Shown here piece by piece: positions 10,689-19,815 of a stretch of DNA of 50,992 nt. Source of the DNA: an uncultured Porphyromonadaceae bacterium (GTDB taxonomy: Bacteria; Bacteroidota; Bacteroidia; Bacteroidales; Muribaculaceae). The stretch's first letter is position 1. Each line of letters starts with the position of its first letter. The position numbers and the translations under genes were made by a program. Location of the stretch: NCBI GenBank assembly GCA_947166165.1, contig CAMVDK010000001.1:1-50992 (forward strand), written 5' to 3'. A model generated the notes under the pieces. The model was not told the origin of the DNA, searched no databases, and saw only the letters and a program-made list of their open reading frames with translations.

Positions 10689-12407
10689 TCAGCGCTTGGG
10701 CAGAATATCCGGCTTGGGCTGCGGTTTGGGCTGCGGCTTGGGTTGCGGTTTGGGTTGCGGTTTGGGCTTGTGGTGGTGTTGGGTGGATTTTGGCTGCGCG
10801 GCGGGCGGGAGCAGCCTCACGGGCCGCTCGATTTCCTGCCCGTTGCTCATGGTGAGGATGGCAGTGCCATCGATGGCGGTGGTGAGTCCGTCGACACTGG
10901 TGGTGAGCGTGGTTTCCTGACCAGGCTCGATGGTGGCCACGCTGACGTTCAGGTTGAGTCCATCGGCATTCACGGCAAGGCTTGCCACGAGCGTGTCGCC
11001 GCTCTCGGGGTTGGCGATGGTGGCGCTCACGCGGTTTTCGGTGGGCTCGAGGATGTCGATCTCGGCCATGGTGTCGCGTGGCGGGGTGGCCTCGACGATG
11101 GCGGGGGTCACGGTGTGCTGCCACAGCAGCAGGTTGCAGTCGGCCACAACCTGATAGGTGAATCCGGCGGCCTTGCCGTCGGCTGGCTGCACGTCGGCCG
11201 GTGTGGGCTGATAGGCGAAGCGTGCGGTGCCGCCGGCAAAGTGCTGGTCGAGCGAGTCGATGCGCTCGCCGGTGGGGGTGAGCAGCCTGAAGTGCAGCGA
11301 GTCGCTGCGCAGCGTGGTGGGATAGGCGCATTCCACCTCGAGGGCGGTGATGGTGGTGTCGCCGCTGGCGTTGACCATGAATTCGATGGTGTCGGTGGCG
11401 GCGATGTGCTCAAAGTTGCCGTCCAGTCGGTGCAGCAGTCCCTGGGCGCTGCGCGGGTTGCGCGGCAGCATCACCACGCAGTAGTCGCCGTCGAAGTCCT
11501 CGGTGTCGTTGTTGAGCCAGAACTGCGCGGGCACAAACACCTGTTCCTGGCAGGAATAGCCGACCAGGGTGTCGCCCGGGGCGTAGTGTCGCTTGATGGG
11601 GCCGGGCTCGGGTTTGGCGGTTATCGAGCGCTTGGAGGGGTCTTCGGTGATTTCGATGGTGCGGATGGCGTCTTCGCTGTAGTCGCGCGTGTTGGGCAGC
11701 ATGTTCTTGGGGCGTTTCTCCTTGATCACCCGGCCGTCGGTGCCGATTTTCACCCAGCCGTTCTTGTTCTTGACAAAGGTGTGCCCATTCGAGAACGAGC
11801 AGGCTTCGGTGATTTTGCCGCCTTCCACCTTGAGGGGGGTGTGGGTGGTGTCCCAGTCGCGGGTGATGTAGAGCCACTCGCCGTCGTCGGTGCGCACGAG
11901 AGCGAGCCCGTCGCGGAAGGGTGTGGCCCAGCCGAACTGGCACTGCACCACCACGCGCCCGTCGATGTCGATGTAGCCGATGCGTCCCTGCTCGTTCTGC
12001 ACACACAGGGTACCTTCGGTGATGTAGGGCGTCTTGATGAAATATCCCCGCGGGAAGTTGACCACGCGGTGCCCGTCGTCGAACAGGAGCGCGCGTATTT
12101 CCTTCCCCATCTGCGTGGAGATGTCGATGATGGCGCTCACGCCCTGCCCCAGGTACTGGACGCCGAAGCTCACGCGCTCGCCGCGATAAAGCTCGTTGCC
12201 CTGCGCGTCGACGATGCCGGCGTAGCGCATCGAGTCGTCGTTGAAGATGTAGAGGCCGTGACGGAAGAATTGCAGTCCGTAGTACTGTGTGGGCGGGATG
12301 GCCCACTCCACGGTGTGGGCCTGCGCAGGCGCGCAGGCAGCCAGCATGGCCAGCAGCGCGGCCACACGGGCTAGGAAATGAAACTTGGAGTTATATCGGT
12401 CGGTCAT
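10689..12407 (-). CDS. Exported WG-repeat protein A with a PKPQ-repeat tail
   Basis: Signal peptide (..ALLAMLAACAPAQA), WG-type repeats (GRIGYIDIDGRVVVQCQFGWATPFRDGLALV), beta-rich C-terminal region; paralogue of 14443-16143. Start taken at ATG 12407. Confidence 0.75.
   Translation of the reverse strand: MTDRYNSKFHFLARVAALLAMLAACAPAQAHTVEWAIPPTQYYGLQFFRHGLYIFNDDSMRYAGIVDAQGNELYRGERVSFGVQYLGQGVSAIIDISTQMGKEIRALLFDDGHRVVNFPRGYFIKTPYITEGTLCVQNEQGRIGYIDIDGRVVVQCQFGWATPFRDGLALVRTDDGEWLYITRDWDTTHTPLKVEGGKITEACSFSNGHTFVKNKNGWVKIGTDGRVIKEKRPKNMLPNTRDYSEDAIRTIEITEDPSKRSITAKPEPGPIKRHYAPGDTLVGYSCQEQVFVPAQFWLNNDTEDFDGDYCVVMLPRNPRSAQGLLHRLDGNFEHIAATDTIEFMVNASGDTTITALEVECAYPTTLRSDSLHFRLLTPTGERIDSLDQHFAGGTARFAYQPTPADVQPADGKAAGFTYQVVADCNLLLWQHTVTPAIVEATPPRDTMAEIDILEPTENRVSATIANPESGDTLVASLAVNADGLNLNVSVATIEPGQETTLTTSVDGLTTAIDGTAILTMSNGQEIERPVRLLPPAAQPKSTQHHHKPKPQPKPQPKPQPKPQPKPDILPKR
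10711..10770 (-). repeat. 12-bp coding tandem repeat (PKPQ, about 4 units)
   Basis: GG(C/T)TTGGG(C/T)TGC units on the plus strand. Confidence 0.8.
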
Positions 12408-12610
12408 CAGAAGATTTGTTTGCTGTTTCACCCCGTTGACGGAGTTAGTCGGTTGATAAATAAGTGTCGAAAAAGGAGTTCTTAAAAAAGTTGATTTACA
12501 TCTGGAATAAATTCACATCCCCCACGCGGTGATGTTGTGGATTACAAAAGCGGATGGGCATCAAGGTGTCTTTTTAGTCAAGGCGGCTCAAAGGGTCAAG
12601 TGTATACTAT

Positions 12611-12788
12611 AGGTGGGTTCTATAAATTGCTGAAATGTAATGAATGGTTTTGGCCGCCTTGGGTTGCTTGCTGGCATCTTTTGTCTCAACTGCTTGAACC
12701 GTAGCCCGCTACTGCTTCGCGCAGCTTGAGCCAAAACCTGTTCAGCAATCAAGCCCAATTCGGCGCAAGCAATTTATAGAACCCACCT
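12611..12788. mobile_element. 178-bp MITE-like element, copy 2
   Basis: Perfect 20-bp TIR AGGTGGGTTCTATAAATTGC / GCAATTTATAGAACCCACCT; about 5 differences from 3133-3310. Confidence 0.88.
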
Positions 12789-12865
12789 TAATAAAGATTG
12801 ATTGCGATAGCAGCGATGTTCTTCTACTATTCGCTGGTGGCAAGGGTTGAAGTTGGCCGGTTCGC

Positions 12866-14425
12866 TTATTTCGGCAAACTGGTGTTTTTGCTTTCAATGA
12901 GTTGGATGAATGCTTCGGCATTCTTGGCCGTTGTGGTGTCGTGGGAGTGCTGTGCCAGATTGCGTGCGCGCTTGAAGAATTCGAGCGCTTCGGCATCGTT
13001 GGAGAAGCAGAGCAGCCGGTATCGGGCCAATTCCTGGGCGGCTTGCGTCATATGGGTCAGCAGCGTGGAGTCGTTGGTGCCCAAGGCGGTCAGCTTGTCG
13101 CCGATTTCCAAAATTTTCATCAAGGCGTCGTTGGCCCGCGTGATGTTGTTGTCCGATGCCGGGAAGGTGGCGGCGATGTCGGTGGGCAGTCCGAGCCGGG
13201 CGAGGTTTTTCCTTGCGTTTTCGTTGCCCATGGCGATGCCGAGTGTGCGCTTGCGGGGGTTGTAGATATCGGAGTCTTTGGTGTAATCTACGCCATAGGT
13301 GCGTGCAATTTCGTAGTAGGCGGGGATGTAGTTGAACATTCGCGCCACGGAGTCCATCATCTTCATGCCGTCGTGCGCCTGCACGGGGTCGTGGCTTGAT
13401 GCCAGCTGGAGGGCGCGTTGGAAGAGGGCCACGGTGTCGACGGGTTCGGCAACGGAGGTGGTGTTGCCTCGGTGTGCGAGCAGCGCGATGGCTGCTGCTG
13501 CCACCACCACGGCGGCGATGGCCAGGGTGGCCCACAGGCGAGTGCGGCTGGGTTTGGGCGGGAAGACGTGCTGCTGGGCGGCAAGCACGAGTTGCTCGGC
13601 GGTGGGTCGGCGCGCCGGGTCGCGGTTCAGGCAGGCGGCGATGAGTTTGGCTATGCTGGCGGGCACATCGCGGCCTATGAAGTTGAGCTTCACCTCGCCG
13701 TCGGGCTGCTGCTGTCCGCCGCTCTCGCCGAAGGGCACTTGACCGGTGATGAGCTCGAAGAGCGTGATGCCGAAGGCATAGATGTCGCTGGCGGGCTGCG
13801 GCTTGTCGTTGTCGAAGCGTTCGGGGGGCATGTAGGCTCGTGTGCCGCTGAAGTCGTGCTGCTGGTAGCGGTCGCGCGTCACGCTGATGCCGAAGTCGGT
13901 GATGGCGTAGTTGCCGCTGTCGTCGATGAGCACGTTGGCGGGCTTGATGTCCTGATGCACGATGGGCGGCTCCATGGCGTGGAGGTAGGCCAGTCCGGCC
14001 GCCACATCGCCTACGTATTTCCAGATGTCGTCGGCGGCTGTGAGGCGGCCGGCGAGCGTCTCGCTTGACCCCCGGCTGCAGTAGGGCATGACGAGGTAGG
14101 GTGTCTCGCCGGTGATGTCGAAGTGGGTGGGCTGGATGAGGTTGCTGTGGTGGCAGTTGTATACGATTTTGAACTCGTCGCGGAATCGCTGTTCGCCCTC
14201 GATGTCGAGTGCGTTCTGTGGCCGGTAGATTTTGATGGCAACCTGCATGGCCGTCGTCTCGTCGGGCTTGGCCTCGCCGAGGTTGTCGCGGCCCTCGATG
14301 GGGGTGTCGATGGTGTTGAGGTCGGCGGCGAGCCACACGTCGGCGCTGGCACCGGCGGTGCTCAGCGGCTTGAGGAGCCGGTAGTGTCCTGCAAAGATGT
14401 CGCCAGGTTTCAGGGGGGTGAGCAT
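12866..14425 (-). CDS. Membrane Ser/Thr protein kinase A (Hanks type, non-RD)
   Basis: VAIK, HQDIKPAN, DFG, GTRAYMPPE, SDIYAFG, then TM helix LWATLAIAAVVVAAAAIALLA and a helical extracytoplasmic domain. Start taken at MLTPLKPG (14425). Confidence 0.9.
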   Translation of the reverse strand: MLTPLKPGDIFAGHYRLLKPLSTAGASADVWLAADLNTIDTPIEGRDNLGEAKPDETTAMQVAIKIYRPQNALDIEGEQRFRDEFKIVYNCHHSNLIQPTHFDITGETPYLVMPYCSRGSSETLAGRLTAADDIWKYVGDVAAGLAYLHAMEPPIVHQDIKPANVLIDDSGNYAITDFGISVTRDRYQQHDFSGTRAYMPPERFDNDKPQPASDIYAFGITLFELITGQVPFGESGGQQQPDGEVKLNFIGRDVPASIAKLIAACLNRDPARRPTAEQLVLAAQQHVFPPKPSRTRLWATLAIAAVVVAAAAIALLAHRGNTTSVAEPVDTVALFQRALQLASSHDPVQAHDGMKMMDSVARMFNYIPAYYEIARTYGVDYTKDSDIYNPRKRTLGIAMGNENARKNLARLGLPTDIAATFPASDNNITRANDALMKILEIGDKLTALGTNDSTLLTHMTQAAQELARYRLLCFSNDAEALEFFKRARNLAQHSHDTTTAKNAEAFIQLIESKNTSLPK

Positions 14426-14442
14426 GGTTGATGGTGTGACGG

Positions 14443-16143
14443 TTACTTTTTGATGTCGAAAAGTTCTCTGAACTCTTTGGCACCCATTTTGTTGTCGGCG
14501 TTTTGCTCGACGTGGCGCTTCTTGGTGTGTTCCTTGAGTTTGGGGTTGTAAGGGGTCATGGTGAGTTCGCGCGTGGTGGGCGACTGGCTGTTGCTCAGAG
14601 TGACCGTTGCGAGTGCTTTGAAGCTTCGGCCGACTGGAATGCTGAGTGCTAGCCGCTTGTTGGTGCCAGGAGGCACGGTCTGGGTGGTGGTGCCCAGTTC
14701 GTTGCCTTGCATGTCGGTGATGGAGAATGTGGCCGTGAGCGAGGCGTTGCCGTCGGGGTTGTTGACGTTGGTCCACACGCGCTGCTTGCCGCTGGCGGTG
14801 GTGCGCGCCTGATGAATGCCGCTGACGGTGATTTTCTTGGCATCGACCACATTCACCACTCGCACGTCTTCCCAGAGCAGCAGGTCGTGGTCGGCATAGA
14901 CCTGATAGGTGAGTTCGAGGTCCTCGCCGCTGGTGGCCAACTCGTCGGCCGTGGGCTGGTAGGTGAAGTGGCACACGCCGTCGGCATTGAACTCTTGGCT
15001 GGTTGCCGGCACCGGTTCGTCATTGGCACCGATGATCATGACGCGCAGTTTCGAAGCGTCGAGCGTGGTGGGGTAGTTGAACGAGGCTTTGAAGATGTCG
15101 TGGCTGCCCCGGTGCAGCACCGAGTCGGCGGCCAGGGGGGTGAAGTCGCCATCGATTTTGTGAAGCAGGCCCATGAGGGTATAGTCGTCGGCGATGTGCT
15201 GCGCCACCACCACATAGTCGCCGTCGAAGTTTTGCGCGGTGGAATTAAAGGCATCCTTATTGTAGAACTGGAAATCGAATTTGCTGAACTGGTAAGGGAT
15301 GAAAAGGTTGCCATCGATTTTGTATCCAATCAGGCCTTCGGCCGAATGGTCAATCTGGATGTTGCCGGGATTGGCGATGATTTTGCTTTCGTATTTTTCG
15401 GGATTCTGGTCTTTCTCATATCCGTGTATGTAGCGTTCGTCGAAACAGGAAGCATCGCTGTCGTAGTTCAAGTGCGACGGATGCGGGCGTTTTTTCCCTA
15501 ATGAGTCGATGCGCTGCCATTTTCCCTTCTGCAATACGTAGGTGTAGCCATGCAGAAACTGCTTGCCTTGGGTGATTTCTCCTCCGCTTATTTTGAGTGC
15601 TTTGTGGGTTTTGTCCCAGTCTTTGTGGATATACTTCATCGTTCCATCGTAGTCGGTGACTAGTGCGAATCCGTCGCGGAAAGGCTTGCCATCGAGGAAT
15701 TGGCAATTCACAACCATCTTGCCGTTCAGGTCCATATATCCCACTCGCCCCGATTTGTCTTGCACCGAAATGATGTCGCCGTCGGTGAAGTAATCGCCCT
15801 TCATGAAGAGTCCTGGCGGCACTCGGACCAGTTGTTGTTGGCGATTGAGCAGGCCGATGATTTCATGCCCGGCGTTTCGGTCGGTCACTAAGTATGTGAT
15901 ATCGTCGCCGAGATAAGCCGGATAATTGTCGCCAGTGCTGCTGAAGATGAGTTCGCCATTTGCATTGAATATGCCTGATAAGGGCTCGTCGTTGTAGGTG
16001 AATATATAATAGCCTGGCCGCAGAAAGTGAAGCCGCATGTCTTGCGGCAGGATGGCCCATTCCACGGTGTAGGCAGCGGCTGTAGTGGCCAAGGCCAAAG
16101 TGAGGCTCACGGCCAGCAGGTGCTTGATGCTGATTCGGTTCAT
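14443..16143 (-). CDS. Exported WG-repeat protein B
   Basis: Signal peptide MNRISIKHLLAVSLTLALATTAAA; GRVGYMDLNGKMVVNCQFLDGKPFRDGFALV; shares TVEWAI, FDGDY, YQPT and LLLW blocks with 10689-12407. Confidence 0.78.
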   Translation of the reverse strand: MNRISIKHLLAVSLTLALATTAAAYTVEWAILPQDMRLHFLRPGYYIFTYNDEPLSGIFNANGELIFSSTGDNYPAYLGDDITYLVTDRNAGHEIIGLLNRQQQLVRVPPGLFMKGDYFTDGDIISVQDKSGRVGYMDLNGKMVVNCQFLDGKPFRDGFALVTDYDGTMKYIHKDWDKTHKALKISGGEITQGKQFLHGYTYVLQKGKWQRIDSLGKKRPHPSHLNYDSDASCFDERYIHGYEKDQNPEKYESKIIANPGNIQIDHSAEGLIGYKIDGNLFIPYQFSKFDFQFYNKDAFNSTAQNFDGDYVVVAQHIADDYTLMGLLHKIDGDFTPLAADSVLHRGSHDIFKASFNYPTTLDASKLRVMIIGANDEPVPATSQEFNADGVCHFTYQPTADELATSGEDLELTYQVYADHDLLLWEDVRVVNVVDAKKITVSGIHQARTTASGKQRVWTNVNNPDGNASLTATFSITDMQGNELGTTTQTVPPGTNKRLALSIPVGRSFKALATVTLSNSQSPTTRELTMTPYNPKLKEHTKKRHVEQNADNKMGAKEFRELFDIKK

Positions 16144-16194
16144 AAGTTAAGTAAGGAGTATATTGTTGTAGGAAATGGAGTGCGTATCGTGGGC

Positions 16195-17094
16195 TCATAG
16201 CAGACCGCACATTCGCATAAAGGCAAAGGAGACACGCTTGGCCAGGTGCCGACATCGCAGTGCGAGCGAGGCTTTGGGCTTGTCATCGTCGTCGCCGATG
16301 CAGCTGACGATGGCCACGGTGACGTTGTCGGGTGCTCCGGCGTCGAGGGCGGCTTGCAGCAGTGCGTTGCGGCAGGCGGTGGGGTGGGTGTAGTGGCGAT
16401 AGAGCAGCAGCTCGATTTCGGCGTCGTAGCAGCATCCGAACAGGCCGTCGCTGCACATCATGAGCATGTCGCCCGGCTGCAGGGCCACATCGGCAAAGTC
16501 GGGGTCGCTGGGGCAGTCGATGTCGCCGCAGCCGCGGGTGATGATGTGGTTGTCGGGGTGGTGGAAGGCTTTGCGGCGGGTGATTTCGCCCTTGTCGATG
16601 AGTTGCTGCACGTAGGAGTGGTCGTGGGTCACCTGCCTGAGTCCGCGGCCGGGGCTGAAGTGGTAGCACCGGCTGTCGCCGCACCAGGCCAGGTGTGCCA
16701 CCTGTGGCAGCAGCCAGCAGGCCACCACGGTGGTGCCCATGCCCTGTGTCTCGGGGCGCTCCTGGGCGTGGTGGAAGATGGTGTCGTCGGCCTGCTCGAT
16801 GATGGAGGCCAGCGCGCCTTGCACGGCCTCGTTGCCGCCGGTGTCGGCAGCGGGCTGCAGCAGTTGCTCGAAGGTGTCGATGGCCTTCTGCGAAGCCACC
16901 TCGCCGGCGTTCTGGCCGCCCAGACCGTCGGCCACAATCACCATCATCTGTCCGAGTGTGTGGTAGCCGTCGGAGTCCTGCGTGTCGCCGTGCAGCCAGT
17001 GGTGGGTGGCCACGTCGGTGCACACGGCCACCGCGTCCTCGTTGTTAGGACGCGCACACCCCGTGTGGGTGAGTGCTGAGATAAGGATTTTCAT
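16195..17094 (-). CDS. PP2C/PPM-family Ser/Thr protein phosphatase
   Basis: RPNNED, VADGLGG, GMGTT, GDSRCY, DHS, CSDGL, DNVT motifs. Confidence 0.93.
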   Translation of the reverse strand: MKILISALTHTGCARPNNEDAVAVCTDVATHHWLHGDTQDSDGYHTLGQMMVIVADGLGGQNAGEVASQKAIDTFEQLLQPAADTGGNEAVQGALASIIEQADDTIFHHAQERPETQGMGTTVVACWLLPQVAHLAWCGDSRCYHFSPGRGLRQVTHDHSYVQQLIDKGEITRRKAFHHPDNHIITRGCGDIDCPSDPDFADVALQPGDMLMMCSDGLFGCCYDAEIELLLYRHYTHPTACRNALLQAALDAGAPDNVTVAIVSCIGDDDDKPKASLALRCRHLAKRVSFAFMRMCGLL

Positions 17095-17119
17095 GAGGGG
17101 GATGCGGTTTGGCGGAGGT

Positions 17120-18676
17120 CTACAGGTAATGCTCGATGACTTGGATGTAGTTGTCGGCCAGCGAGGCGGTGGACTTGTCGCCCACGGTGATGGCGTGCTG
17201 CTTGGCCAGCCGGAAGTATTTCACGGCTTCGGCCTTGTCGTTGGTGCAGAACATGTTGTAGCAGCCCAGCATCCAGGCTGCGTCGAGCATCTGCCGGGCG
17301 TAGGCGGGGTCGTTGATGCTCAGGATGGTGAGGCAGGCGTTGTTGGCCTTGGTGTTGTGTTCGATCGACTTGGGGATGTCGCGGTCAAAGTCGCCGATGT
17401 CGCCCGCGCTAGCCTTGAGCTTCGCCAGGGTGTTGCGGGCGTTGATGTTGCCCAGTTCCACGCCCAGTGCCCGTTTGAGGCGGTTGTAGCGCGCCGAGTC
17501 TTGCACGAACACCATGCCATAGGTGCGCGCGATTTCGTAGTAGGCGGGCACGAAGTGGTAGCTTTGAGCGATGGTGTCGATTTGGCGGAATGCCTGCTCG
17601 ATGTCGGCGGGCCTGTCGCTGCGTGCCGCGGCGATGGCCTGGTCGAGCAGCACCTGCGGGTTGGCGGAGGCTTCTTGCCCGGCACCGTCGGCTGCACTGT
17701 GCTTGCCCTTGTGCCAGGCTAACAGGCCGATTCCAGCAGCCAGGACCACGGCGGCGAGGCTGGCCATGCCCCACTTGATGGCGCGGTTGCGCTTGGTGTG
17801 CAGCGGGAAGGTGCGCGCGCGGGCGGCCTGCACGATGAGGTCGGCCGTGGGGCGCTGCGCGGGGTCCTTGTCGAGGCAGGCGGCAATGAGCCGCTTGACA
17901 TCGGCCGCCACGGGTCGGTCGCCGTAGTTGAGCATCACGCGTCCGTCGGGCTGCGAGCTGCCGCCGTTCTCGCCATAGGGGATGTGGCCGGTGATGAGCT
18001 CGTAGAGCGTGGCCCCGAACGAGTAGATGTCGCTGGCGGGCTGCGGCACGTTGTCCTCGACGAAGCGCTCGGGGGCCATATAGGCCAGGGTGCCGCTCGA
18101 AAAGTCGAACAGGTCGCGGTGCCCGAGTTCGGAACTGATGCCGAAGTCGGTGATGGCGTAGTCGAAGTCGTCGGTCACCAGCACGTTGGCGGGCTTGATG
18201 TCCTGATGCACGATGGGCGGCCGCCGGGCGTGCAGATAGGCCAGTCCGGCAGCCACGTCCTCGATATACTTCCAGATGTGGTCGCCCGTCAGGTTGCCCA
18301 CGAGCAGCTCGGTGGAGCCGTGGGCGCAGAAGGGGAGCACCAGGTAGGGCGTGCCCTGCCAGATGTCGTAGTGGGTGGGCTGAATCAGGTTGCCGTGGTG
18401 GCAGTTGAACACGATTTTGAATTCTTCGCGGAATCGCTGTTCGCCTTCGATGTCGAGCGCGTTCTTTGGCCGGTAGATTTTAATGGCCACTTTGAGTCCG
18501 GTTTGCTCGATTTCGCTCGGAGTGCGCTCGGAGAGGGCGTCGTCGTCGTACGGCGACACGTCGACGGTGTTGAGGTCGATGGCGAGCCACACGTCGGCGG
18601 TGCCGCCGTCGGTGCTGAGTGCATCGAGCAGACGGTAGTGCCCGTCGAAGAGGTCGCCAGGATAAAGGTTCAGCAT
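17120..18676 (-). CDS. Membrane Ser/Thr protein kinase B (Hanks type, non-RD)
   Basis: VAIK, HQDIKPAN, DFG, GTLAYMAPE, TM WGMASLAAVVLAAGIGLLAW, C-terminal domain paralogous to kinase A (PAYYEIARTYG). Start taken at MLNLYPG (18676). Confidence 0.9.
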   Translation of the reverse strand: MLNLYPGDLFDGHYRLLDALSTDGGTADVWLAIDLNTVDVSPYDDDALSERTPSEIEQTGLKVAIKIYRPKNALDIEGEQRFREEFKIVFNCHHGNLIQPTHYDIWQGTPYLVLPFCAHGSTELLVGNLTGDHIWKYIEDVAAGLAYLHARRPPIVHQDIKPANVLVTDDFDYAITDFGISSELGHRDLFDFSSGTLAYMAPERFVEDNVPQPASDIYSFGATLYELITGHIPYGENGGSSQPDGRVMLNYGDRPVAADVKRLIAACLDKDPAQRPTADLIVQAARARTFPLHTKRNRAIKWGMASLAAVVLAAGIGLLAWHKGKHSAADGAGQEASANPQVLLDQAIAAARSDRPADIEQAFRQIDTIAQSYHFVPAYYEIARTYGMVFVQDSARYNRLKRALGVELGNINARNTLAKLKASAGDIGDFDRDIPKSIEHNTKANNACLTILSINDPAYARQMLDAAWMLGCYNMFCTNDKAEAVKYFRLAKQHAITVGDKSTASLADNYIQVIEHYL

Positions 18677-18734
18677 GAATTGAATTGGTGATGAATGCGT
18701 TAAAAGGGCGTCGAGGCCGCCGCGGGGAGGCGCG

Positions 18735-19775
18735 TCAGTTGAGGTGGATGAGTGTGCCGGGGCGCGGACGGGTGGAGGTGTCTTTGAGCCCGTTGAGCCC
18801 GGCAAGTTTTTTCACCTTGATGCCGAAGAGCTGCGAGATGCTGTGCAGCGTGTCGCCCGGGCGGGCGGTGTAGCTGTTGCGGGCACCTTCATATTTGTCG
18901 CGCTTCGTGTCGAGATACACGATGTCGCCCTCGGTTAACTGGTTCTCTCCCTTGACCTCGTTGAAGCGGAAGAGCAGCTTCTTGTCGCTGATGTCGTAGT
19001 CGCGGCATACGTCGCCAAGCGTGCGTCCGGGCATGAGCACGATGCAGGGCACGCCGTTCTCGATGAGCTTGTAGTTCTCAACGGCGTGGTCGAGCCGCTG
19101 CTCCTCGGCGGTGATTTGGTCGTCGTTGAGCGTGACGAGGTCTTCGTCTTCGAATTCGGGCACGCTGTCGGTGTGCACGAGTCCGTTGTCGTTGTTGACG
19201 ATGGTGGTGCGGCGAATGATGCGGCGCACCACCACACGGCGGTCGCTGCCTCCTTGCAGCTTGCGCCCGTTGTTGATTTTGTAGAGTTGGAATCGCTCAA
19301 TGATGCCGATGAGCGACTCGGCATAGTCGGGGGCGGTGGCATAGCCGCAGGCTTTGATGCCGAAGGCCCAGCTGCGGTAGTCCCACCGGCTGTAGTTGTG
19401 CAACTTGCCGTAGCGCTGCGAGCTGCGGCTCAGCAGGCGTGCGTGGTCTTCGTACGACTCCATCGCGTTATGGTAGGCCTTGAATGTGCTCAGCCCGGGC
19501 TCGTCGTCCTTGGCCTTGGCCGAGCCGGCCGGCCCCACGCCCTTGATGCCGAAGTGGTTGTTGGACCGGCGGGTGAGCAGGCTCTTGCCGCAGCCGCTCT
19601 CGAGGATGCCTTGCGCCAGGGTGATGGAGGCGGGAACGCCGTATTTGTACTCCGTCTGCAAGGCCGCGTTCTGATACATGTAGATGTAGGCCCAAGCGTC
19701 GTCGTTGTATCCCGCCCGGCAGGCGAAGACCGTTGTCAGGGCGCACAGGGCCGCAAGGAGCAAGCGATGTTTCAT
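18735..19775 (-). CDS. Exported GH73 glucosaminidase/muramidase with C-terminal LysM domains
   Basis: Signal peptide; YGVPASITLAQGILESGCG, NNHFGIK, GYATAPDYA; LysM YTARPGDTLHSISQLFGIKVKKLAGLNGL. Start 19775. Confidence 0.9.
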   Translation of the reverse strand: MKHRLLLAALCALTTVFACRAGYNDDAWAYIYMYQNAALQTEYKYGVPASITLAQGILESGCGKSLLTRRSNNHFGIKGVGPAGSAKAKDDEPGLSTFKAYHNAMESYEDHARLLSRSSQRYGKLHNYSRWDYRSWAFGIKACGYATAPDYAESLIGIIERFQLYKINNGRKLQGGSDRRVVVRRIIRRTTIVNNDNGLVHTDSVPEFEDEDLVTLNDDQITAEEQRLDHAVENYKLIENGVPCIVLMPGRTLGDVCRDYDISDKKLLFRFNEVKGENQLTEGDIVYLDTKRDKYEGARNSYTARPGDTLHSISQLFGIKVKKLAGLNGLKDTSTRPRPGTLIHLN

Positions 19776-19815
19776 GATGGATGTGGTTGAAGGTGGGCGT
19801 GGTTGGGGAAAGATG

